A stretch of DNA of 64,000 bases, taken from the NCBI GenBank assembly GCA_963707635.1, contig OY970173.1, positions 1,984,001 to 2,048,000 on the forward strand. The letters run 5' to 3'. Positions 1 through 10,700 of this stretch are shown here, piece after piece. Each line of letters opens with the position of its first letter. The stretch's first letter is position 1. A program made the position numbers and the translations under genes. The notes under the pieces are model-generated. The model did not search any database and had not been told where the DNA came from. It saw only the letters and a list, made by a program, of their open reading frames with translations. The stretch comes from Candidatus Latescibacterota bacterium (lineage in GTDB: Bacteria > Krumholzibacteriota > Krumholzibacteriia > WVZY01 > JAKEHA01).

Positions 1-979
1 GGCGGAAGAGGTCGACGTCAACGTGCACCCGAGCAAGCTCGAAGTGCGGGTGCGCAACGAACGGGTGGTGTTCGCCGCCGTGCGCGGCGCGGTCAAGTCC
101 GCGCTCACGTCGCGCAGCGAGACGGTGATGGCGGTGGGCATGGGTGGCGCGCATGCGCACGAGGCGGGGCACGCGGTGGCCGACGTGGCGATCGCGGCGG
201 CGTGGCCGGCTCGCCCCGCCCGCGAGGAACGCGCGGCGCCGTCGATGTTCCATGCGCTGCCGGGGGCGGAGTCGCGTATTCGCGACGCATTTGCGGACTA
301 CGAATCGAACAAGCCGGTGCGCGGGCCGTGGCCGGCGGGTGCCGCGGAGGCGGCGCCGACGGAGCGCGCGGGCGCGACGATGCCGGAAGAAGTCGCGCGC
401 GCGGCGCCGGGCGACGACGCGCTGTACTGGCAGTTCAACCAGACCTTCATTTTCATCCAGGTGCGCGGCGGTGTGGTGGTCATAGACCAGCACGCGGCTC
501 ACGAACGCATCCTGTTCGACCTGGGCATGCGGCGGCTGGAGGACACGGCGCCACCGTCGCAGCAGATTCTCTTCAGCATCCCGGTCGAATTGTCGTTGCG
601 CGAACTCGAGGTATTCCGCTCCTCGCGCGAGGTGTTCCACAAGCTGGGATTCACGCTGGAGCCGTTCGGCGGAATGAGCATTCTGGTGCGCGGGTACCCG
701 CAGGGGCTGAAGAACTGGTCCGACGGGCGTCTGCTGCTGCAGATATTCGACGACATCATCGCGGATCGGGCCCCGGGGAACACGCTCACCGAGAAGCTGG
801 TGGCGAGTTACGCGTGCCGCAGCGCCATCAAGGCCGGGCAGCGTCTCTCCGTGGAAGAGATGAAACTCCTCGCCGACCAGCTGTTTGCGGTCGACAATCC
901 GTATTCGTGCCCGCACGGGCGTCCCACCATCCACCGCCTGTCGCTCGACGAAATCGAGCGCTGGTTCCACCGCCGCTGA
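1..979 (+). CDS. mutL: DNA mismatch repair endonuclease MutL, C-terminal part (truncated by window start)
   Basis: DVNVHPSKLEVR near the window start; endonuclease motifs IDQHAAHERILF, ACRSAIK, CPHGRP; upstream of miaA as is usual. Confidence 0.97.
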   Translation, partial: AEEVDVNVHPSKLEVRVRNERVVFAAVRGAVKSALTSRSETVMAVGMGGAHAHEAGHAVADVAIAAAWPARPAREERAAPSMFHALPGAESRIRDAFADYESNKPVRGPWPAGAAEAAPTERAGATMPEEVARAAPGDDALYWQFNQTFIFIQVRGGVVVIDQHAAHERILFDLGMRRLEDTAPPSQQILFSIPVELSLRELEVFRSSREVFHKLGFTLEPFGGMSILVRGYPQGLKNWSDGRLLLQIFDDIIADRAPGNTLTEKLVASYACRSAIKAGQRLSVEEMKLLADQLFAVDNPYSCPHGRPTIHRLSLDEIERWFHRR

Positions 980-999
980 CCTTTCCTCGGGAGGCCGGG

Positions 1000-1965
1000 T
1001 TGCACGCGCGTGCAGATGCCTCCGCCATTCGCGCCGTGGCGATACTCGGCGCGACCGCCACCGGAAAATCCGACCTCGCGGTAGACCTCGCGCGCGCGTT
1101 CGACGGCGAAATCGTGTCGATGGACTCGCGCCAGGTCTACCGGGGGCTGGACATCGGGACGGGCAAGGCGAGCGTGGCGGCGCGCCGCGGCGTGCCCCAC
1201 CACCTGATCGACATTCTGGACCCGGCCGAGCCGGTCAGCGCGGGCTTGCACGCGGCGCTCGCCGGGGCCTGCGTGCGCGCGATCGCGGCTCGCGGCCAGG
1301 TGCCGATTCTCGCCGGCGGCACGGGGCTCTACTTTCGGGCCCTCTTCGGCGGGCTGGTCGCGGTGTCGATCCCGCGCGAGCGTCTGGCGGTGATTCGCGA
1401 ATCGTTTTTCGGGCGCGCCACCCCCGCGTTGCACGCGGAGCTCGCCGCGCGGGACCCGGTCCGCGCGGGCGAGCTCTCGCCCAACGACCGGGTTCGGATT
1501 ACCCGCGCCCTCGAGCTGATCGCGTACAGCGGTGTCCGCGCGAGCGATCTCTACCGGCGCCAGAGCGCGAGTGCCGACCGTTCGTCCGACGTGGTCTATT
1601 TGAAGATCGTGCTCACGATGCCGCGTGAGGCGCTGCGCGAACGCGTGGCAGAGCGCACGCGCGAATTGTTCGACGCCGGCTGGCCGGGCGAGGTCGCGCG
1701 GCTCCTCGCGCGCGGCGTGCCGGTGGGCGCCCCCGCGATGAGGAGCCTGGGCTACGCGGAGCTGGCCGCGGCACTCGGCGCGGGTGAGCCGCCGGAGAGC
1801 CGCTTCGAGCGCATCGTGACGGCCACACGGCAGTACGCGAAACGCCAGGAAACCTTCTTCCGCAGCGAACCGGACGCGGTCTGGATCGACGTGACCACGC
1901 CCGGGGCGAAGCGGGAAGCGCAGCGTCTGGTCGCGGCATTTCTGGGCCGCCCGGAGGCTCAATAA
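1000..1965 (+). CDS. miaA: tRNA dimethylallyltransferase
   Basis: GATATGKS P-loop, DSRQVYRGLDIGTGK, GGTGLY, TRQYAKRQ; TTG start at 1000 after GGAGG. Confidence 0.96.
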   Translation: MHARADASAIRAVAILGATATGKSDLAVDLARAFDGEIVSMDSRQVYRGLDIGTGKASVAARRGVPHHLIDILDPAEPVSAGLHAALAGACVRAIAARGQVPILAGGTGLYFRALFGGLVAVSIPRERLAVIRESFFGRATPALHAELAARDPVRAGELSPNDRVRITRALELIAYSGVRASDLYRRQSASADRSSDVVYLKIVLTMPREALRERVAERTRELFDAGWPGEVARLLARGVPVGAPAMRSLGYAELAAALGAGEPPESRFERIVTATRQYAKRQETFFRSEPDAVWIDVTTPGAKREAQRLVAAFLGRPEAQ

Positions 1966-1969
1966 CAAC

Positions 1970-2010
1970 TTGACACGTATTGTCTAACATGGTTTCATAT
2001 CAACTTGTTA
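1970..2010 (+). promoter_or_regulatory. Putative sigma70 promoter of tRNA-Gly with an overlapping IHF-like site
   Basis: TTGACA(1970-1975)-N17-TTTCAT; TATCAACTTGTTA (1998-2010) matches the IHF consensus WATCAANNNNTTR. Confidence 0.55.
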
Positions 2011-2015
2011 GAGGG

Positions 2016-2091
2016 GCGGGCATAACTCAGTTGGTAGAGTATCAGCTTCCCAAGCTGAAGGTCGCGGGTTCGAGTCCCGTTGCCCGCTCCA
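2016..2091 (+). tRNA. tRNA-Gly(CCC)
   Basis: Acceptor stem GCGGGCA/TGCCCGC, anticodon arm TCAGC-TT-CCC-AA-GCTGA, GGTTCGAGTCC T-arm, encoded CCA. Confidence 0.98.
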
Positions 2092-2105
2092 TCACTCATT
2101 TCCGC

Positions 2106-2831
2106 ATGCGACGCGCGCACCGCATCCCCGGCCGAATGGTGGTAATCGCGAGCCTCGTCCTGGCGGCCTGCGGGCCCGGCGCGGACCTTGCCCCGCGCGG
2201 CGACCTCGACCACGCGATCGAGCAGTTCGTGGCGGGCGAGTACCGGTCCGCGATCGCCGGCTTCGAGCAGGCCCTCGCCGCTACCGAGGACGACGCCGTG
2301 CGCCGCGAGGCGTACACGTACCTGGGGCGGGCGCACATGGCGCTGGGCGAGACCGACGAGGCGGTCACGTCGTTCACGATGGGGGCACGCTACGGCGACC
2401 GCGGCGTGTGCGTCGCGTACCTCGAAACGCTCAAGCAGTACGTCGGCGGATCGCCGAAGAGCCTGCACATCAGCGAGGCGCTCACGCGTTCGCAGCTGGC
2501 GATCGCGATCCTGCGGATCATGGACGGCGGCGCCGACGCGAAGAAGAGTCTCGACGCGAGCGCGCCGACGCCGATCCGGACGCTCGAAGCCCGGCACTGG
2601 ATGGCGCCGCTCGCGGACGGCGCCGATCACCCCGACGCCGCCGTCACGCCGGCCGCGCTGTACGTGATCGTGGCGCGGATTCTTGCCGACGCAAAACTCT
2701 CCGGCCGCGTGCACGAGGTGATGCCGGCCGGATACCGGGCGGCGCTGGGGGATACACGCGCGGTGTCGGGCGCCGAAGCACTGGCGGTGCTGGAGCGGAC
2801 CCGGAGTCTCAAGGAACAGCATGGCCGATAG
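2106..2831 (+). CDS. TPR-containing lipoprotein with degenerate SLH-like C-terminal repeats
   Basis: Lipobox LVLAAC; TPR-like helices (AYTYLGRAHMALGETDEAV); LTRSQLA, VTPAALY and VSGAEAL segments resemble SLH; start 2106 or 2136. Confidence 0.7.
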   Translation: MRRAHRIPGRMVVIASLVLAACGPGADLAPRGDLDHAIEQFVAGEYRSAIAGFEQALAATEDDAVRREAYTYLGRAHMALGETDEAVTSFTMGARYGDRGVCVAYLETLKQYVGGSPKSLHISEALTRSQLAIAILRIMDGGADAKKSLDASAPTPIRTLEARHWMAPLADGADHPDAAVTPAALYVIVARILADAKLSGRVHEVMPAGYRAALGDTRAVSGAEALAVLERTRSLKEQHGR

Positions 2832-4137
2832 AGCGCTCGAAATCGTTTCCATCAAGGACCCGGCGGACTTCGGGTTGGACCCGGGGATCCTTGCGGTCGG
2901 CGACCGTGTTCTCGAGGTGGCGGGCGAGACCGCGCAGGACCAGCTCGACTTCCATTTTCACGCCTCGCGCGGCAAGACGGTGGCGATCAAGGTCGAGCGC
3001 CGCGACGGACGCGTCGAAGACATCGTGCTGCCGACCGCGGCCGTGGCCGGGTTGGAAATCTGGTTCGAGGCCATGGATTTTCGCCGCTGCCGCTGCAAGT
3101 GCCCGTTCTGCTTCGTGGACCAGATGCCGAAGGGTATGCGCGATTCGCTGTACGTGAAGGACGAAGACTTCCGTTTGAGTTTTCTATACGGGAACTTCAC
3201 CACCATGAACGACATGACGGACGCCGAAATCGAGAAGATCGTCGTCCAGAAGAACTCGCCGCAGTGGGTGTCGGTGCACGTCATCGACGAGGGCATGCGC
3301 CGGTTCATCTTCGGCCGCCCCATGCGGCGCCGCATCGTGGAGACGCTGCGGCTGCTGGCGGAGGGCGGGATCACCGTCCACACCCAGGCCGTGATCGTGC
3401 CGGGCAAGAACGACGGCGATTATCTGCGCGAGACCATCGCCACGCTGGAGGCGATTCACCCGAACATCGCCACCCTGGCGGTGGTGCCGGTGGGGCTCAC
3501 CCGGCACCGGTCGGGGCTGTCGTCGATTCGCTCTTACCGCGACGAGGAGATGGGTGCGGTGATCGACCTCGTGGAGCCGTTTCGGCGGCGCTTCCTCGAC
3601 TCGCGCGGGAGTCGCTTCGTGTTTGCGAGCGACGAATGGTACGTCGGCGCCGCGCGGGACGTCCCGGAGTTCGACGCCTATGAGGGGTTCCCGCAGCTCG
3701 ACAACGGCGTCGGCAGCATCCGGCAGTTCCTCTACGACCTCGACGACGATCTGGAGGGGACCACGCTTCCGGCGGACCTCGGCGGGGTGCGCATCGCGAC
3801 CGGATCGCTGGCGGCGCGCGTGTTCGAGCGCCACCTCTTTCCGCGGCTGCGCGCGCGCGGAGTCGAGGTGGTGCCGGAGATCGTGCGGGTCGACAACGAG
3901 TTCTTCGGACCGCTGGTGACGTGCTCGGGTCTTCTGGTCGGGCGCGACATCGTCGCCGCCGTGCGCGCGGCGGGCGACGCGAAGCCCACGCTCATCCCGC
4001 CCAACTGTTTAAACTATGACGCCGTGACCATCGACGAAATGTCGATCGCCGACCTCTCCCGCGAGGTGGGGGCGATGGTGGCGGCGCCGGACTCGCTGGC
4101 CGACGCCCTGTGCGAAGCGGCGGAGGCGGCGCGATGA
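2821..4137 (+). CDS. DUF512-family putative radical SAM protein with PDZ-like N-terminus
   Basis: CRCKCPFC (CxxxCxxC), FVDQMPKGMRDSLYVKDEDFRLSFLYGNF, VVPVGLT, QLDNGVG. Confidence 0.9.
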   Translation: MADRALEIVSIKDPADFGLDPGILAVGDRVLEVAGETAQDQLDFHFHASRGKTVAIKVERRDGRVEDIVLPTAAVAGLEIWFEAMDFRRCRCKCPFCFVDQMPKGMRDSLYVKDEDFRLSFLYGNFTTMNDMTDAEIEKIVVQKNSPQWVSVHVIDEGMRRFIFGRPMRRRIVETLRLLAEGGITVHTQAVIVPGKNDGDYLRETIATLEAIHPNIATLAVVPVGLTRHRSGLSSIRSYRDEEMGAVIDLVEPFRRRFLDSRGSRFVFASDEWYVGAARDVPEFDAYEGFPQLDNGVGSIRQFLYDLDDDLEGTTLPADLGGVRIATGSLAARVFERHLFPRLRARGVEVVPEIVRVDNEFFGPLVTCSGLLVGRDIVAAVRAAGDAKPTLIPPNCLNYDAVTIDEMSIADLSREVGAMVAAPDSLADALCEAAEAAR

Positions 4138-5534
4138 AACGCCCCGCGGTGGTCGCCATTGTCGGCCGGCCCAACGTGGGCAAGTCGACGCTCTTCAACC
4201 GGCTCACGGTGGCGCGCCGGGCGATCGTGCACGCCACCCCCGGGGTCACGCGCGACGTCCAGCGCGGGGTCGCCGAGTGGTGCGGCCACTCGTTCGAGCT
4301 GATCGACACCGGCGGGCTCTTCTCGGGAATCGACGACCCGCTGGTCGACCAGGTCGAGGCCCGCGCATTGCGAGAGGCGCGGGAGGCCGACGTCATCCTG
4401 CTGGTGGTGGACGCCGAGAGCGGCCTGATCCCGACCGATTTCGACGTGGCGGAGCAGGTCCGCGCCTCCGGCGTTCCGGCCCTGCTGGTGGTCAACAAGA
4501 CCGAGGGACCGACCAGCCAACGCGCCGCGGGCGAGTTCCACCGGCTCGGGTTCGAACAGTTCTACGAGATCAGCGCGATTCACGGCGACGGCACCGGCGA
4601 CCTCCTCGACGACGTCGTGAAGCTCCTGCCGCGTTCCGCGGCGCGCGACCTGCACGCGGACCTGCGCCTGGCCATTGCCGGCGTTCCCAACGTCGGGAAA
4701 TCCAGCCTGGTGAACGCGATCGTGGGCGCGGAAGCGACCATCGTGGACTCGCGCCCGGGGACGACGCGGGATTCCATCGACGTCTCGCTCGCGTGGCGCA
4801 AGAAGCGGATCACGCTGGTCGATACCGCGGGCATCAAGCGCAAGGCCAAGACAAAGGAGGACCTCGACCTGCTGAGCACCGTCAAGAGTCTGGAGTCGAT
4901 CCAGCGATGCGACGTCGCGGTGGTGATGCTGGACGCGTCGCGCACGATTTCCAACCAGGACATCAAGGTGGCGAGCTATCCGCACAACGCTGCGCGGGGC
5001 GTGGTGGTGTGCTTCAACAAGTGGGACACGGTCAAGAAGGCCGATCGCACCTACGCGGAAATCGAGCGCGAGTTCCGCCGGCGCTGCGGGTTCTTGAACT
5101 ACGCGCCGGTGCTGTTCATCTCGGCGAAGGAGAATCAGCGCGTGGCGAAGGTGATCGAGACGGCGTGGCGCATCAAAGAGGAGCGCGAACGCCGGATCCC
5201 GACCGCGGAGCTCAATCGATTCCTGGTGAAGCTCGTCGCCCAGAACCCGCCGCCGTTTCACTCGGGCGGCAACGGCAAGATTCTGTACGGAACCCAGGTC
5301 GACGTGGCGCCGCCCACGTTCACCCTGTTCGTCAACCGCGCCGTCTTTTTCGGCCGGTACTATCTGCGCTTTCTCAACAATCGCATTCGGGAGCAGTTCG
5401 GATTCGAGGGGACGCTGATCCGGATCGAACTGGCGGAGCGGCGCGAGGTGCGCAAGTCGGAAACGCCACGGGCCCGGCCGACGCGGCGCGCCCGAATGAA
5501 ACGCGGCGAGCGCCGCAAGCGGGTGGCGACGTGA
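4134..5534 (+). CDS. der: Ribosome biogenesis GTPase Der (EngA)
   Basis: Two G-domains (GRPNVGKS..DTGG; GVPNVGKS..DTAG..NKWD) plus KH-like C-terminus; ATGA overlap with the upstream gene. Confidence 0.97.
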   Translation: MKRPAVVAIVGRPNVGKSTLFNRLTVARRAIVHATPGVTRDVQRGVAEWCGHSFELIDTGGLFSGIDDPLVDQVEARALREAREADVILLVVDAESGLIPTDFDVAEQVRASGVPALLVVNKTEGPTSQRAAGEFHRLGFEQFYEISAIHGDGTGDLLDDVVKLLPRSAARDLHADLRLAIAGVPNVGKSSLVNAIVGAEATIVDSRPGTTRDSIDVSLAWRKKRITLVDTAGIKRKAKTKEDLDLLSTVKSLESIQRCDVAVVMLDASRTISNQDIKVASYPHNAARGVVVCFNKWDTVKKADRTYAEIEREFRRRCGFLNYAPVLFISAKENQRVAKVIETAWRIKEERERRIPTAELNRFLVKLVAQNPPPFHSGGNGKILYGTQVDVAPPTFTLFVNRAVFFGRYYLRFLNNRIREQFGFEGTLIRIELAERREVRKSETPRARPTRRARMKRGERRKRVAT

Positions 5535-6154
5535 CCCCGGTGTTGCTGACGGCGCTGGCGGGCTACCTGGTCGGCGGGATTCCGTTCAGCTATGTCGCGG
5601 GCCGCATGCGGGGCCTCGACCTGCGCCGGCACGGGAGTGGAAACCTGGGCGCGTCGAATACCTACCGGATCCTCGGTGGGCGGATCGCGCTGGCGGTGCT
5701 CGTGCTCGACGTCGCCAAGGGACTTGGTCCGGTGCTGGTCGCGAAGCAATTCGACGCGCCGGGGAGCGCGCCGGTTCACGCGCTCGCGGCGGCGGCCGGG
5801 GCGATTCTCGGCCACCTCTTTTCGCCGTATCTCAAGTTTTCGGGCGGAAAGGGAATCGCCACCAGCGCGGGCGCGTTTGCCGGCCTCACGCCGTGGGCCT
5901 TCGCCTGCGCGCTGACCGTGTTTGCGGCCGTGTTTGCGGCGCGCCGGATCGTCTCGCTCGCGAGTCTGTGCGGCGCGATCACGCTTCCGCTCGGGGTGTG
6001 GCTGGCGGAGCGCGCGGGACTGGCCGAACCGCACGCGTCCCTGCTCTGGGTCACCACCTTGGTGATGCTGGTCGTGGTTTTCAAGCACCGCGGGAATATC
6101 CGCCGTTTGCTCGCCGGCACCGAACCCGCGCTCGCGCGCCGCAAGGACGGGTGA
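5531..6154 (+). CDS. plsY: Glycerol-3-phosphate acyltransferase PlsY
   Basis: HGSGNLGASN, LDVAKG, GHLFS..FSGGKGIAT, HRGNIRRL; GTG start overlaps the der stop. Confidence 0.96.
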   Translation: MTPVLLTALAGYLVGGIPFSYVAGRMRGLDLRRHGSGNLGASNTYRILGGRIALAVLVLDVAKGLGPVLVAKQFDAPGSAPVHALAAAAGAILGHLFSPYLKFSGGKGIATSAGAFAGLTPWAFACALTVFAAVFAARRIVSLASLCGAITLPLGVWLAERAGLAEPHASLLWVTTLVMLVVVFKHRGNIRRLLAGTEPALARRKDG

Positions 6155-6158
6155 GCGC

Positions 6159-7196
6159 GTGCGCGCCGGGGTTCTGGGGGCCGGGGGCTGGGGCACGACG
6201 CTGGCGATCGTGCTCGCGGAGAACGACCGCGAGGTGGTCCTGTGGGATCGCGACCCGGCGCGCGCGGAAGCGACCCGCCGGGGGCGGGAGAACGCGACCT
6301 TCCTCCCCGGGGTCGAGTTGCCGGAACGGATCGATGTCACCAGCCGTCTGGGCGAGGCGGTGGCGGGCATGGCCATGGTGGTGTTCGTGGTGCCGTCGCA
6401 CACGATGCGCTCCACGGCAGCGGCGGTGCGCGAGTCGGGCTCGCCCGGCGGCCGCGCGCTGATCGTGAGCGCCACCAAGGGGCTGGAGGAAGGGACGCTC
6501 TGCCGCATGAGCGAGGTGTTGCGCGACGAGCTCCGCGTCGACGCGGGCCGGATCGTGAGCCTCGCCGGGCCCAGCCACGCCGAGGAAGTGAGCCGCCGCG
6601 TGCCGACGTCGATCGTCGCGGCGGGCGTGGACGAGGGGGTGTGCCGCGAGGTGCAGGAGGCGTTCGTGCGGCCGTACCTGCGCGTCTACACCAACGACGA
6701 CATCGTCGGCGTCGAGCTCGCGACCGGGTTGAAGAACTCGATCGCCATCGCCGCCGGGATTCTCGACGGGCTCGGCTGCGGGGACAACACCAAAGCCGCG
6801 CTGGTCACGCGCGGCCTGGCCGAGATCACGAGGCTCGGGCTGGCGCTGGGGGCCAGGGGCGAGACCTTTTCGGGTCTTGCGGGGGTGGGGGACCTCGTGG
6901 TTACCTGTTTGAGTCGCCACAGCCGCAACCGTCGCGTCGGGGAAGCGATCGGTCGCGGGCAGTCGCTGGAGGAAGCGCTGTCTGGAATGGTGATGGTGGC
7001 GGAAGGTGTGCGCACCACGCGCGCCGCCGTCGAGCTCGGTCGCAGGCACGGGGTGGAATTGCCCATCATCGAGATGGTGCACCGCGTGCTGTTCGAAGGG
7101 CACGACCCGCGCGAAGCCGTCCAGATGCTGATGACGCGCCCGCCTCGCGCCGAAACGCGCGACGCCACGCGGAGCGCCAAGGGAGGACGCGCATGA
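6159..7196 (+). CDS. gpsA: NAD(P)H-dependent glycerol-3-phosphate dehydrogenase
   Basis: GAGGWGT, TKGLE, GPSHAEEV, LKNSIAIAAG, GDLVVTC..SRN. Confidence 0.97.
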   Translation: MRAGVLGAGGWGTTLAIVLAENDREVVLWDRDPARAEATRRGRENATFLPGVELPERIDVTSRLGEAVAGMAMVVFVVPSHTMRSTAAAVRESGSPGGRALIVSATKGLEEGTLCRMSEVLRDELRVDAGRIVSLAGPSHAEEVSRRVPTSIVAAGVDEGVCREVQEAFVRPYLRVYTNDDIVGVELATGLKNSIAIAAGILDGLGCGDNTKAALVTRGLAEITRLGLALGARGETFSGLAGVGDLVVTCLSRHSRNRRVGEAIGRGQSLEEALSGMVMVAEGVRTTRAAVELGRRHGVELPIIEMVHRVLFEGHDPREAVQMLMTRPPRAETRDATRSAKGGRA

Positions 7197-7594
7197 GGTA
7201 CAAGACGACCACCGGGAAGATGTACTACACCATCGGCGAAGTGAGCGAGATCACCGCCGTCAAGCCGCACGTGCTGCGCTACTGGGAAACCGAGTTTCCC
7301 ACCCTGCGCCCCAAGAAGAACCGCGCGGGCAATCGCAGCTACCGACCGCGCGACATCAAGTCGATCCTGGCCATCCGGGATCTGTTGTACAAAGAGAAGT
7401 TCACGATCAACGGCGCCCGCAGAAAGCTGCAGGAGAACTTCGGCAACCCGGACACGATCTTGAAGCAGATGCAGATTCCGTTCAGTGATCCGCAGGCGCG
7501 CCACGTGCTGCTTTCGGTGAAGAAAGAGCTCGAGGAGATCCGCGATCTGCTCGGCAACGGCACCGGTGACGATCTGCCCGGCGAGATCGCTTGA
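7193..7594 (+). CDS. MerR-family transcriptional regulator
   Basis: YYTIGEVSEITAVKPHVLRYWETEF HTH; this subfamily is commonly followed by tRNA-Pro. Confidence 0.93.
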   Translation: MRYKTTTGKMYYTIGEVSEITAVKPHVLRYWETEFPTLRPKKNRAGNRSYRPRDIKSILAIRDLLYKEKFTINGARRKLQENFGNPDTILKQMQIPFSDPQARHVLLSVKKELEEIRDLLGNGTGDDLPGEIA

Positions 7595-7620
7595 ACCCGC
7601 GGTCCGCGGTCTGGTAGTCT
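7591..7620 (+). promoter_or_regulatory. Putative sigma70 promoter of tRNA-Pro(GGG)
   Basis: TTGAAC-N18-TAGTCT with extended -10 TG, 12 nt before the tRNA. Confidence 0.55.
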
Positions 7621-7632
7621 TCCGATACAGGT

Positions 7633-7709
7633 CGGGGTGTGGCGCAGCCCGGTAGCGCACTTGCATGGGGTGCAAGTGGTCGCTGGTTCGAATCCAGTCA
7701 CCCCGACCA
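7633..7709 (+). tRNA. tRNA-Pro(GGG)
   Basis: Acceptor CGGGGTG/CACCCCG, anticodon arm CTTGC-AT-GGG-GT-GCAAG, GGTTCGAATCC, CCA. Confidence 0.98.
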
Positions 7710-7729
7710 TTCATGTTCGAGGTAAGGAA

Positions 7730-7760
7730 ACGGGGGTCGATGCGATGCGTCGACCCCCGT
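7730..7760. terminator. Hairpin between convergent units, probable terminator
   Basis: ACGGGGGTCGA...TCGACCCCCGT 11-bp inverted repeat between tRNA-Pro and the convergent CDS. Confidence 0.7.
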
Positions 7761-7784
7761 GTTGCTCCGCCGAGCGACCGGCGC

Positions 7785-10700
7785 CTACTTCAGCATCACC
7801 ATCTTCTTCGTCTGCGTGAAGTCCCTCGCCACGAGCCGGTAGAAGTAAACACCGCTCGAGACCGTCTGGCCCGCGTCGTCGCGACCGTCCCACACCTTCG
7901 TGTGGGTACCCGCCGCGAACTCGTCGTTGGTGATGGTCCGGACCAGCTGGCCCGCGACATTGTAGACCTCTAGGCTTACCAGACCACGCACTTTCACCGA
8001 GAACGCGATCGTTGTCTGCGGGTTGAACGGGTTCGGATAGTTCTGCGAGAGGCTGTTGCTTGCAACCGTTCCCGTCCCAATTGGCTGGGGCGGCACGTTG
8101 CCGAGCCACGTGATGATGTCGTGCAGATGATCAAAACGATCCGCGATGCCGTCGAGGTCGTCGTCGCGAATGTAATCGAACGCAAAACCGGAAAGCAGCA
8201 CGCCGACGCTGACACCGTTGCTGTTAACTGTTCTCTTCGAGATCACGGCGCCGTTGGTCGGGCCCGGAGGCCCATAGCTGACTTCCATCAAGGACGCCCC
8301 GGTCGGATCCATCACGTCGAAGTCATTGACCAGGGGACATCCGCCGAACAGGACGAACGTGTCGCCGTTGAAGCACCCAGCTGCAATGCCCCGGCCCAGC
8401 GGTGAAATGCCATAGGAGGGAACGTGGTTGCCTCCCGTCAACGCGTAGGTGATGTACGTGGTCTTGAACGTGACCGCCGACGCCCCGGTGTAACGGTTGA
8501 GCTGTGCGGCCGCGTCGTCGCCGCAGAGATACACGCCACCCTGCGTCGGCAGGTTATCCAGGAAGGTGTTGATCAGGCCATAGTCGTCGGTCTTGTGGCC
8601 CGGAAAAGTTGCGCCTCCATCGCCCAGCGTGACCGACAGATCGCCGCAGTCCCAGAGGATCTTGCGATAGCAGTCGTTTAGCTGTGCCTGGATGTTCACG
8701 ACGCGGCTGGCGAGGGCGTTGTTCACGCCGGACGACGGCCCGCGAATGTCATAGCGGTCCACCTGCTCGAGGATGCCCAGGTTGTCGAATGCGGTGTCCC
8801 AGTATCGTTGCGCGCCGCGGCCGTCCATGCCGTCGACGTACAGGATGTCGCCGCCGTTTTGCCAACCGGAACCCGGCAGGCAGGTGAACTCGGAGGGGTG
8901 CGCCACGGCTTCGGCCAGGAGGGGACCGCTTGCACCCAAGTTCGAGCCGAAGGCGTAGGTTGTTACGGGGAATGCAGCAGCGTTTGTCGCGGCATAGAAG
9001 AAACAGATCATGTCGCCCGGCGTAAACAAGTTGTCGTCCAGGTCGATGCAAAACTTGTCGGCAACGGGTTTGCCGTTCACCATCACCTGGTCGAGGCGCA
9101 GACAGGTCCAGGGGATCCCCATCGCCACAAAGTCCTTGCCGGGAACATGGGGCCATCGGACCGGGTCGTCGGTGAGTCCTGCACCAGACTTGCCAGGCTG
9201 ACCGAGCGGCTTGACGGCGACGAACATGTAGACCGCCGCGCCGCCGACGGCCGGGTCGATCCCGAGCCCGTCGACCGGATCGGCGACGGTCACCACGGCG
9301 CAGTCACCGGGGACAATGCCAGGGATCGTGCCCGGCTGAATGTCCATGGCTATGTCCGCACGAACCGTCCCCACCAACGTGCCGTCGGTCGAAAAATTAT
9401 CCTGGAACTGGTCGATATCGCGGATCGCCCACTGCGGCCCGTGCACACCAACGCTGGTCAACGTCACGCTGTCGAGCAGCGGGGCATGACTGTGACAGAT
9501 ACCGTCACCGTAGACGCCGCACCATGAGCCGCACTGGTCCACGACGCCCAGAGAGAGCTGAATGTCCGTTGCGCCGACGAAGTTCAGGAGTGCGCCCACT
9601 GACTCACTCTGCTGCAACCAGTCCTTGCCTCCGTAGTACGAGAAGTTCATGTCTCTCCACGGGCCGGGGCACCCCGCCCCATCGAGGGTGCGGACATGCC
9701 ACACGTAGAAGACCAAGTTGTCGATCGGATTGTCGCGATAGACCGAGAAACTGAGGCGCACCCCCGAACCCAGAGGAACAACGGGGAGCGGGATCAACGG
9801 CGACCAAACCTCGTTGGCGAGGTAGCTGCCGAACGCGTTGCCCTGGGGAACCGCCCGTTGCCCAGGCAGTCCACCGCACGCGTAGGTGTTGGTGGATCCC
9901 AGAATGGCCGCCCACATGCACGTCAGATTGTTGCTGCACGCATCCTGTTGAATCTGGCTCACCCCTGGAAACAGGGACATATACTGGCCGTATCCCGGCG
10001 AAGCGCCCGCAAACCAGTCGGGCGACGCCAACGCGCCCGGCGCAACGCCCTCGAAGGTCTCGAGCGCAAGACCCCCGGCCACAAGGTTGTCGAAGTGGGC
10101 CCCGCCGTTCGAGGGGTAAAGGCCGTCTTCATCCGACCCACCACCGTCCGAATGGAAGTGTAAACGTACCTTCGCAAAACCGGGGGGCACGGTAGCGTAC
10201 AGACCGCCGTACGCAGCGAGGGGAATATTGCCGTCCCACGGGCCGTCGATCACCGTCCACCCAAACGTACCGGTGCAGTCGGTGGTGTATTCGAGCGTGA
10301 CGGAGTCGTGTCCGGGCTCGCAGTCAAATTTGGCGTCAAAGGCCACGAAGAGGCCGCCGGGAGCGACGGGAATGCAGGCGATCGTTTCCCAGAACTGATC
10401 CCAGTTGTTGCGGTAGCCCGGGTCAATCGCGAAACCGCAGGGAATCGGAGCTGGCTCGATGCCGCACCACAGCGAGTGGACGCCAAAGAGAGGTGCAAAA
10501 TCGACAGGCGGAAGCCCGAGGTAATCGTCCACATGGAAGTAGACGCCGGGCTGGGCCGTCCTATCCACTGTCAGCCAACCCGCGGCTGTGCAGGTGGCGC
10601 CCGCGTCGAACGATTGTGTATATAAGACCAGTTCCGGTGCCGGAGCCGGAGGCGCTAACGGCACCATCGAGTCCGGATCTCGCGAAACCTCCCTTGGAAC

